64,000 nt of DNA, from positions 10,602,001 to 10,666,000 of the forward strand of contig OX597817.1 in assembly GCA_951406725.2 (NCBI GenBank), in the 5' to 3' direction. Positions within the stretch are counted from its first letter, which is position 1; each line of letters opens with the position of its first letter. This DNA comes from Octopus vulgaris. Its lineage: Eukaryota. Under the pieces are notes generated by a model. That model worked only from the letters and a program-made list of their open reading frames with translations. It was not told the DNA's origin and ran no database searches. Positions 37,392 to 47,554 of this stretch are shown one piece after another. Both the position numbers and the translations under genes were made by a program.

Positions 37392-40300
37392 ATGGCTATT
37401 CCCATTGGTTGTTTAAATGTTCATGGCCTGTTGTCAAGCTGGAAGCAAGGACGCTTTCTGAATGACATCAGGTCGAGAAATTTGGATGTAATTGTTGCAA
37501 CGGAAACCCGGATGAAGGGGCCAAGAGATCTGCTCCCCCTCCTGAACGGCTACGAGAAATACGTTTCTCCGAGTCGGGCGGGAGGTGGGGGTGGGGTGTT
37601 GGTCCTACTAAAAAGAAACCGGGTAGCCGAGAAAAAGTTGGTTTTTTCTGACCCAGAAGGCAGGCTGGTCGTTCTCGACTTGACATTCAGTTGTGACAAG
37701 ACAATCAGGCTGGTCGCTATTTACGCACCAAACATTATTGGCCCGCAAACTGAATATTTTCGTGGCCTAGGAAAGTTCCTAGCCACGTCGCATTCACTAG
37801 TAGTGTTAGGAGACTCTAATACAATATGTGCAGCACACACAGATTGTGTTGGCTCAAACTCGAACATGAACAGAAAATGTAACCCAGGCTTTCGGGATCT
37901 GCTAAGTCAATTTCAGCTAGCAGATCCATAGAAGGTTGGAGCACCCGAACACTTCACAGTGGACGTGGTCAAATAGTGATGGGTCTACCAGAACATATCT
38001 AGATAGGATTTTAATTAGAGAAAAAGATAAGTCCATAGTTGAGTGTCCACAGTTTTTTCTAGTCAGCTACAGTGACCACAAGATGGTTACCTGTAAACTG
38101 ACGGTAGATAAGTTGCATAGACAGGGATCTGGCTACTGGAAACTCAATACGTCCCTTTTGGCGATTGAGGAGTACAGAAAGCGGATCAAGATGTTAATAC
38201 AGAGGGCATTAACAGGTACCATCATTAATAACAAATGGTGGTACGCCCTAAAAAGAGCCATCAAATATGAGTCTATTAGGTTTAGCATAAGTTTAGCTAA
38301 GAAGGGACGTAAAATAGGAGATGGTCTAGTTAAGGAACTAGAAGAAGCCTGGAGGACTGGTAATACAGACCAAGCGAGGGTGAAAAGACTGGAGTTAAAC
38401 CAGCATCTTGAAGCCCACCACATGAGAAGTATTACCAGAGCTAAGTTACGTGCAATGGGAAGTGAAGGAATCAAAGCCGCTGGATGGGCCCGAGTGGTGG
38501 AAGCTCGGCAAGGAAATAGTTCCTCTATTCGGTCTTTGACGAATCAAAATGGTGTCTTGATAAACGAACCCGAGAAAATGTGTGAGGTCTTTCAGGAGTA
38601 CTTCGCCCAGCTGTTCGGGGGTGACGGCGGTCCTGGTGGTGGGAGAGCCCTCGAGGACTTTCTTACCGGGCTGCCGTGCCTCTCGGGGTCGGATGCGGAG
38701 TCTTGCGAAGGGCCAATCACACCTGAGGAGGTGATGGAGGCTTTGGCCGATTGTAAAGCGGGTAAGTCACCGGGACTTGATGGTCTTCCGTACGAGCTGT
38801 ATAAATGTATGCCAGACTTGTTCGGGCAACTACTGACTGACGTGTACGCGAACTGGAAACAGAATGGGTTTATCCCCAGATCTGTGCGCCGGGGAGTAGT
38901 GACGTTGGTCAGAAAGGACCCGGACAAGGGGGACGTTCTAGAGAATTTCAGGCCCATCACTCTGTTAAACGCAGAAGTGAAGATTTTGGCCAAGGTTCTA
39001 GCAAAAAGGTTGGCGCGTGTCGCGAATGGTATAGTCGGGGAGGCACAGACATGTGCCATCCCAGGCAGAACCATTCAGGATACCCTCCATCTTATTCGCT
39101 ATACCATAGAGAGGTTTGGTAATAAATCTGGCAAAGGTGGGGCATTGGTGCATTTGGACCAGTCTAAAGCTTTTGATAGGGTTAACCATCGATACCTAGC
39201 GACTGTACTTGCGCGGTTTGGCCTGGGCCTTGGCTTCCTCAGGTGGTTTATCGCTTTGTACCACAACATTGACTCGATAGTTTGGGTGAACGGTTTCCTT
39301 TCGAAGCCGTTCTGCATCAGACGCTCGGTTCGTCAAGGATGTCCGCTTTCACCACTTTTGTATGTGATGGCTCTCGAGCCATTACTGCAAAGGTTGAGTG
39401 GCATCCCGAGAGAACCAGGACTAGAGGAGTTTGTTACGGCTTTCGCGGATGATATCACTATCAGTGTAACCACAGTGGCACGCCTACGTGAAGTAGGTAA
39501 GACTATTGAGGCTTACGAGGAGGTAGCAGGAGCAAAGATTAACCGGGAAAAGTCGGTCGGCTTGCAGCTCGGCACCTGGGTTGGCAAGTCGATGCCTTCA
39601 GACAGTGTTGTTAGGCGCTGGACGGAGGGACCGGTTAAGTTGCTGGGAGTCTGGTTTGGACCAGGCCTCCAGATAGAGAAGAACTGGACGGAGGTATTGA
39701 GCAGGGTGGCTGCAGTAGTCAAGACCTGGTCTTGGCGGTGGCTATCCCTGAAAGGGAGGGCGGAAGTGGCCAATGTGTTTATCGCATCGGTCATTACCTA
39801 CCGCCTGACCGTCGTGCCCTGTCCGGATTCGTGGTTGATCAGGTTGGAGAGACAGCTCTTTCGCTTTTTGTGGAAGGGCAGGTCGCCACTTGTGAAACGC
39901 TCTGTCTGCTGTCAAAAGCCTTTAAATGGAAGGTTAGGGATGCCTTGGTTAATGATGCGCAGACATGCGTTGAGGTTGAGGCACCTCTGGATTCTCCTGG
40001 ATAGTGAACGGGTGTGGTCTCCGCTGGCCAGACAAATGTTCCCTGAGTTCAAGAGTTTTTGCGAACAGGAAGCCTGGTGTTCTCGTAGACCGAGGTCGAG
40101 TGAGTGGCATAAAGAGTGCCGTAAGGCCCTCTTGCTGTTCCGGCGCTCGGGCAACGCCAGCGGTGGGGGTTCCACACGGATTTTATATAGTGGGTTGGTA
40201 GAGTCTGAATGCGACGATGGCCTGGGGTAGACTCTAGGTCTCGGATTTATTTAACTGGACAGCTTGTTTCATCGTACATTCGGGTTGAGAACGTTAGACA

Positions 40301-40797
40301 ACTTCCAAAAGTCCTTAACCTGGCAATGCTACAGAGGTGCCTTGCCCGTTTGGGATAAGCTCGCAAGACATGGTAAACGTCAGTCGCCGACCTGTCCAAG
40401 ATGCGGGGGGGGGGACAGGGAAACCGTCTCTCACGCTATTGTTCTGTGTCCGGAGATAACTGAAATGTGGGCTTATGCTGAACATCTGTTGTCCGGCGAA
40501 GGAAGAGTACGGCTGTCGACTGAGTCAATTATAAAAATTGACCCACCGGGAGTTCTAACGAACGAAGGTAAGAATTGTTTTCTCACGGTTGTAGCAATAG
40601 CAAAAGAGGCTGTATGGAAGACTAGGATAAAAGGAATTAAGACAGGAAACTTTATCTCTGGTGACAATTTACGATCCTTTTTTTCTTTTCATTTGAAAAG
40701 GAAACTGTGGCTGGAGAAGAGGTGTCTGTCAGAGTGTACGTTCCAAAAGAGATGGAAGTATGTTGCACGAGTGTTGTGCGTGCAAGGAACCGTGTGA
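37392..40797 (+). pseudogene. LINE ORF2 (APE endonuclease, reverse transcriptase, C-terminal Zn motif), disrupted
   Basis: LNVHGL, ATETR, LGDSN, YLDRIL, SDH (APE); GYWKLNTSLL, SPGLDGLP, QGCPLSP, FADD (RT); CPRC...HAIVLC. Frameshift/stop near 37930, in-frame stops at 40228 and 40252. Confidence 0.93.
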
Positions 40798-41045
40798 ATA
40801 GACGAGGAAAAAAAAAAAAAGGAAAAATAAAAAGGTATCAGCGGTAGATCGGGGCTTGTGGGATCGGAGCGTAACTTGATCATCGCTTCATTTGTATTGT
40901 TTTTGTACTGTGTATTCCATTCGATTTTTATGTATTGTATTTTATTTTTGATGTCACATTTATGTAAAATCATATCGATTCACTGATCCCATCAGTTGTA
41001 CTGTCCATATCTATGTTTGGCCCCCGGTGGGCAATAAAGAAATTC

Positions 41046-41392
41046 GTATTTTGTCTGCCGTTACGTTCAGAGTTCAAATTCCGCCGAGGTAGACTTTGCC
41101 TTTCATCCTTTCGGGGTCGACAAATTAAGTACCAGTTACGCACTGGGGTCGATATAATCGACTTAATCCGTTTGTCTGTCCTTGTTTGTCCTCTCTGTGT
41201 TTAGCCCCTTGTGGGTAGTAAAGAAATAGGTATTTCGTCTGCCGCTACGTTCTGAGTTCAAATGCTGCCGCGATCGACTTTGCCTTTCGTCCTTCGGGAT
41301 CAATAAAATAAGTACCAGCTGTTTACTTGGGTCGATGTAATCGACTTACCTCCTCCCTCGAAATTGCTGGCCTTGTGCCAAAATTCGAAATC
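41046..41392 (+). mobile_element. SINE B body with Tx1 tail (to 41228), followed by a further SINE B body with old tail starting at the same motif
   Basis: GTATTTCGTCTGCCG recurs at 41230-41244. Confidence 0.87.
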
Positions 41393-41825
41393 CGTAGTAT
41401 TATAGAAAATAAGAACTAAAGGAATGAAAATATAGCTATATTGTAATGTTCATGTTTTTCACTGAAACTGAGGTATTGTCTCTATTCTTCAGTAGCTTAT
41501 ATTTCATTGTACAGCGCTTGTTGAAACATAACAGCTTTGAAGTATTTCATTTTATTTTTTAGCGCCGTAATTCCTAAGATGTACCTCACTATCAATTCCT
41601 GCTTTAAATACTAAATCCAGAGCAGATGTAGGCTAGATGACCTCGGTTAAAGCACGATAGTTACTATTTCTCTGCCCTTATTGTCGGTGCTGAGCATCTA
41701 AGCACGGTGTTGGGTGTTCAGCAAGGCTATTGGTGTTGTAGTTATTTTTGTGTGCATGTGTTACTTATATTTTCGCAAGCGAGAAGAGATGATGTTTTAT
41801 GATGTTTTACTCGTGTTCTTGTATG

Positions 41826-42050
41826 GAGCTGGCAGAAGCTTTAGCACGCCGGGCGAAATGCGTAGCCGTATTTCGTCTGCCGCTACGTTGTGAGTTCAAA
41901 TTCCGCCGAGGTCGACTTTGCCTTTCATCCTTTCGGGGTCGATAAATTAAGTACCAGTTACTCACTGGGGTAGATGTAATCGACTTAATCCGTTTGTCTG
42001 TCCTTGTTTGTCCCCTCTATGTTTAGCCCCTTGTGGGCAATAAAGAAATA
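41826..42050 (+). mobile_element. Tx1-tailed SINE B
   Basis: TSD TCTTGTATG (41817-41825 / 42051-42059). Confidence 0.9.
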
Positions 42051-42450
42051 TCTTGTATGTCGTTTAGGTCAAGATAGTGGAAGTTGATTTTTTCATATCG
42101 CAACAAGGCTTAAGTAAGCTGAAGCTTACTGTGGCAATAAACTGTGGCTGTCGTAGGTTCAAGTAAATTTTAATTCTTAGTATTTTTGTTTTTTGTTGCG
42201 CAGTTAGTCTGCGGTTGGGATCTATGTACAACCTGTTATAATGCGTTGCACACCTGTTTCAAGTTTTTTGTAGTGTATTATGATTTGTAGTGGAGGGATT
42301 GTGGTCCCAGGTATAGGACTAGCACAATCCATAATAGATCTAATGAACTGTTTGTACATCATTTCATTGTTTTCTTTCTGTTGGCCAAACGTCTAACTTG
42401 TTGATTTATGTTTGTGTCGATTTGCTTTCTTTAGTCTCCTATAAATATTA

Positions 42451-43802
42451 CACTGATCAACAAAATAAAACTTCTATTTTCTGGCATAAATTGTTTTAGA
42501 CTAATTTTTAGGTGCTGATTCCAAAACTGACCTCAGATTTGCTCAATCCCATCACATTTTTGTGCCATCGGTATAACCTTTATTGATCTGGCGCATACCA
42601 AAAGTTAGCTTTACACCACTATTTGTGGGTATTTTGACTGGATTGTCATGCTAATTTTGAATATGTTCAAGTTGAGTTTTGCTTTAAAACCCTTCCTCTT
42701 CTTTTCAGGTGTGAACTGAGCTACTGTGGTCTAGTTATGGATACAACATCAAAAAGGACTTACTATAATGATCCCGATATCTTCTGTTACATCTGAGGAA
42801 ACGCCACCCCACAGGCTTAGCGGTACAACATTAATAACTTTGTCAAGAAGGTGTATCTTGTTCACTCTAAAGTAGCACTTAGAGACCAGGACAAAACCTA
42901 GGCTCCCCACAAAGTTTGCAAAACCTCTGTTGAGAATTGGTGTAATGAAGCAATTTATCAAAGATCTTGATCACAATGGAGACTGCTTCAGATATATATG
43001 TACATTTGTACAACCTTTCCCGGTCTCGGTGATGATAAAAAGAAGGCAAGAATATTTGATAAATCTCAAATAAGAACACTCTTCAGGGATCCACATTTTA
43101 TTAAAGCAATGAGTACGGCGGAGGCTAGAGCTTGGAATGCTTTCTCTGATGTAATACGGAATTTCCTTGACAGCTGACAACTATCAAGAGATTGTGGAGG
43201 GGCTGCTCTTGAGCTTGCAAGCACTTGGATGTAGAATGAGCATTTAATTGCTCTACTTACACAGCCACTTCGGTGACTTTCCAGAGAAACTGGGTGATGT
43301 TAGCGAAAAACAAGGTGAATGCTTTCATTAAGATGCAAAAGTAAAGGAAGAACGCTACTAAGGCTGATGGGGCTCAAACATGATGGCGGATTACTGCTGG
43401 AGCTTAATGAGAGACTCCCAGAAGCTGTACGCAAGCGATCGGGAAAAAAGAGGAAATTTATACGATGATCATAATGAATGACCACAATGAATAGAGATTT
43501 GTATTCATATTTTGTTATAACCAAGCTTAATTCTTATATGCTAATGTGCATTTACTCACACAACTTTGTGTATTGATTTATTACATTAAAAAAAGACATT
43601 GTTTATTAAAAATTGCATCTACGTATGTTTAATTTCTTCTTTTATGAGCATTAAATAGCTGTTTGTAGCGAGACTAAAAGATATTATATCTAAAAAATGT
43701 GATATGATAGACAAAAGCTGATGCCAAATTTGGATTCAGCACTCTAAAATTAGCTAAAGACCACTAATAAATCTTGTGCCAGAAAATATGTGTTGACCAG
43801 CG
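42451..43802 (+). mobile_element. Internally deleted Tc1/mariner-related DNA transposon (Tc4/m44-like)
   Basis: TIR CACTGATCAACA / TGTTGACCAGCG with longer imperfect sub-terminal IRs and TTA on both flanks. Remnant peptides NDPDIFCYI, DQDKT*APHKVC, GVMKQFIK, YLHSHFGDFPEKLGDVSEKQGECFH, MMADYCWSL. Confidence 0.8.
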
Positions 43803-43804
43803 TT

Positions 43805-45350
43805 ATAAATGTTGAGTGGTTTGTGTTTTTGATATTCTGTGTGTATGGTGTGTTTATGTTGTAGAGTTTGATAGTACCTTATCTTCTCTGGAAAGAATCA
43901 CAGAAACAGTGAATTCGACAGACAATTGTTACTTTAAATTTGTGGTTGTAGAGACAGGTTTTATTTTAAGTGATTTATGTAAAGCAAGAGTAAATGTGAT
44001 GCAGTATCCAGAGAATGGCGAAAGGATGTGACTGTGCCTGAGATTGTCTCTATGTTTATGAGGGTGTAAAAATATAATGTAAGTATATGTTTAAAAGTGT
44101 AGGGGGGAAAGGCAGATCTGTGAGGTACTGGGACTCTAGAAATTGCAGATTCTGAAAGCCTCGTTCTTGTACATTCCATTGGCGTGGCGGTCTGACGGAA
44201 AGTTTGCAAGCCAGTATTTTATGGTATTTCATAAGGTAGTGCTGAGTATGTTTTGTATGAGTGATTAGCATAGAATGAAGTAGGAAGATTTACTGATAAC
44301 GATGTTAGTTTGACTGGACGTGTGAGAGGTCTTTTGTTGTCGAAGCCATCATTATATTTTCCGCGTGTGAGTAATGTAATGGTTGAGTGTAGCGGTCTAA
44401 ATCCGTGTTGTGATTTCGAGAGTGGGGTGTTTAGGTTTAATGATGACAAAGGTTAGGTTTCTCGAACGTTTGAAAGGATATGCATAGGTGAATAATGGGT
44501 CTGGTGAATGTTAGCTAACTTGGGATATCTATTATAATTTTATCCAGCTAGCAAAGTCTGAGAATTTAACAATATTAGTATGAGTAGTTACAGATATTAA
44601 TGAAGTCAGGAATTCCTTTAGACCATGAGAGTTTTATGTTCCTTCTCGAGCCATGCCAGGCTCATAAGGGCCGGTTTCCCGGTTTCAGTGGCGTAGAAGT
44701 TCCCCACCTGGACGGGACGCCAGTCCGTCACAGGATTGCTCATTTTTGCGAGCTGAGTGGACTGGAGCAACGTGAAATGAAGTGTTTTGCTCAAGAACAC
44801 AACGCATCGCCCAGTCCAGAAATCGAAACCACGACCTTACGATCATGAGTTCAACACCCTAACCACTAAGCCACGCGCCTCCACATTAGAGATTTAGGTG
44901 TTTGTGATTTTGTTTAGTTCTGAGAAACTGAGTTTTAGATTTTGGTTGGGAGACGTGTGATGGAAGGAAGGAATCAAAATCTCTTTTTTAGGCGTTAGTT
45001 GCGTATTTTTTGTTTTATGTTCCTGCTGTCTTGGAGTGGTTACTAAAGACTGATTTTCGAGGAATATCTAATAAGGGCATTCGCTTGGCATTGTAGTAGA
45101 GGTATATTATTTCAAGCTGTTATTGTGAAATAGTTGTTATTGTGTGTTCCGATCGTTGGTGTTGTCAGTGGAGGCGCTGATGTTTATTTCATTGCCCTGT
45201 ACAGTGTATTGTAGCTGATATTGTTGTTTATATCAAATATAAATGTTTGGCTTTTGAAAACCGGTAAATGTTGAATACACTGACATGTCTCTAATGATTG
45301 ACGTTGTGAAAGTTTTAAAGTGACGTAGCGGAGAGGTTTAAACTGGTGGG
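43805..45350 (-). mobile_element. Highly decayed LINE ORF2 remnant, probably continuing at ~41640-42440
   Basis: LSKSQHGFRPLHSTITLL (RT domain) in ORF 44219-44449. Confidence 0.55.
44620..44882 (-). mobile_element. tRNA-derived CORE-like SINE (family D relative); degenerate relatives at ~14055-14190 and ~61670-61910
   Basis: Head GGAGGCGCGTGGCTTAGTGGTTAGGG...GTTTCGATTTC, CORE-like block, then GACGGACTGGCGTCCCGTCCAGG. Confidence 0.8.
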
Positions 45351-45406
45351 AATGTTGCCGACATCACTGGTGGGTGTGGTTGTATGGTAAGAAGCTTGCC
45401 ATACCT

Positions 45407-45850
45407 AAGGCGGCGAGGTGGCAGAAACGTTAGCACGCCGGGCGAAATGCTTAGCGGTATTTCGTCTGCCGCTACGTTCTGAGTTCAAATTCCGCCGAGG
45501 TCGACTTTGCCTTTCATCCTTTCGGGGTCGATAAATTAAGTACCAGTTACGTACTGAGGTCGATATAATCGACTTAATCCGTTTGTCTGTCCTTGTTTGT
45601 CCTCTTTCTGTGTTTAGCCCGGCATCGGTTGTCAAGCAATGTTGGGGGGACAGACACACAAACATATACAGACACATATATACGACGGGCTTCTTTTCAA
45701 TTTTCGTCTACCAAATCCATCCATTCACAGGGCTTTGGTCGGCCCGAGGCTATAGTAGAAGAACACGTGCCCAAGTGTTCCGGGTTCAGTCCCACGCTTA
45801 CAAACCATGTAGTTTGTAAGCAAGCTACTTACCACATAGCCACTCCTACG
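45407..45850. mobile_element. SINE B (+, Tx1 tail cut at ~45620) abutting a degenerate SINE A (-)
   Basis: The sequence switches at GTTTAGCCC|GGCATCGGTTGTCAAG. Confidence 0.8.
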
Positions 45851-45861
45851 TCTATATATAC

Positions 45862-45915
<54 letters not shown>

Positions 45916-46896
45916 ATTCATTATTAAATTAAAAAGTATTAGTCATATAAAAAAAATGTTTAAATCAAAACAGCACAAACTTTATGTGTGTGTGTATTAA
46001 GCAGAAATTTCTTAAAATGAGATTTCTTTATTCCATGTGCTAGCATTATATTAAGTAATTAAGTGTTTTGACAACCTAAGACGGTGTGCTCGATCTTTGA
46101 TTTCTACTTTAGACGACCCTATAAGGAAGAAAAAAAATACAAGTGTAATATCATAAACAGAATACTCGCTGCAAACTTTAGAAACCCTGAGATTTTCTCG
46201 GCAGTTTATAACCTGCTGTGAGGCAGAAACCTACAATACCTTCTCTATTGATCTATCGAGTTGTACGGCCCTCGGCCCTTACAGCGAAACATATACAAAA
46301 CCTTACGAAATTTTTCGTGTTGTGCAGAGGTAACAAAATTCATCCTGAGATTTGATTTGCTAAACTTACGATTTATTTACTGTGGATCTTGACTTGTTTG
46401 CCTGTTGAGGTCTTAATGGACTTTCCATCTACCATAGAAATGGAAAATTTTGTTCTCCTTGACCTTTCGTGACCTCCATTTCATAAGTCCTCGTTTAATT
46501 GCACCTTTAACATAAGCAAGAACAAAGTTTATTCAATCAGCTAACGATATTCTTACGACCGCTATACACATGATAGAAGATATCACTTCAGTCTTGAGTT
46601 AAGCTAACCCAAAGCTAAAGATTTACCTCTTCAACATGAGAGGCTTACTGCATCCTCATCTGTCACTATAACAATATGATGGACAACGCTTTCACCCACG
46701 CTCCTATCGCTACATCCCATTGCCAATATCTTCGCCATACTCGACTGCAACGATTTCGATCACAATTACCGCTACGTCCAGCCACCTGCCTGTCACCAAT
46801 ACACACACGTTCAAATTCTAAATGCAAATAAAAGTCTTCATGGACATATTGCTATGCACATGCTTGAATTAATAATGATAGTGTTTCAGTATTAGT

Positions 46897-47092
46897 TTCA
46901 AATTTTGGCGCAAGGCCAGGAAGGGAGTTAAGCCGATTACGTCGAACCCAGTGCTCAACTGGCACTTTTTCTATCGACCCCGAAAAGATTAAAGACAAAG
47001 TCGACCTCGGCGGAATTTGAACTCAGAACGTCAAGACGGATGAAATTCCGTTATGCATTTTGCCTGGCGCTGTAGCGATTCTGCCAGCTCAC
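46897..47092 (-). mobile_element. SINE B with old tail
   Basis: Reverse-complement match. Confidence 0.8.
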
Positions 47093-47353
47093 CACTTTTA
47101 ATTGTGATTCAAATTTAATAATTGTAAACATTCGTGTTATAAATATTATATATGTATATATATAATCATGTATAACTTGTTTACACTTAGTGACTCCTGC
47201 ATTCACATACCATTAAGCCCCTCCTACTACACAAGTCTTTATGTACGTTACAAGACAGTCTTCGCTATGAAAGTGTCTGATTTGGGTTCTGGTAGTATGT
47301 TTGTTGAATTACTGCAACATGAATGCCTGGGTGTTTTATCTTTACCCCTACAT

Positions 47354-47554
47354 CAGTGCTTTTCAAACTTTTTGCTGGAGCGGAACCACAAGGAAACATT
47401 CCACTGGCTCGAGGAACCCCTGTGCAATAATTTAATAGTTTTATGCACACATATCTGCACAGGAAAATTAAAAATTACTGCCGATTTTAGCAGTTTTGTA
47501 ACTTCTTGCGGAACCCCTGGACTGTACTGGCGGAACCCTGGTTGAAAACCACTG
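47354..47554. mobile_element. hAT (Charlie-like) MITE
   Basis: TIR CAGTGCTTTTCAA / TTGAAAACCACTG; perfect 8-bp TSD CCCTACAT. Confidence 0.92.

Larger units (their letters stand above)
35726..41045 (+). mobile_element. Full-length L1/Tx1-clade non-LTR retrotransposon inserted in SINE B
   Basis: 5'UTR, ORF1, ORF2 and a 3'UTR ending AATAAAGAAAT. TSD GTATTTCGTCTGTCG (35711-35725) / GTATTTTGTCTGCCG (41046-41060). The SINE B head (35660-35725) resumes at 41046. Confidence 0.95.

Noticed and set aside
37920-37940. Possible programmed frameshift or readthrough between APE and RT
   Set aside because: No slippery heptamer, the break is inside the APE domain, and two more stops occur at 40228 and 40252. 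Decay or sequence error is simpler.
35867-40667. Antisense ORFs over the LINE (e.g. 210 aa at 35867-36499, 160 aa at 38592-39074)
   Set aside because: Shadow ORFs of the coding strand with no motifs.
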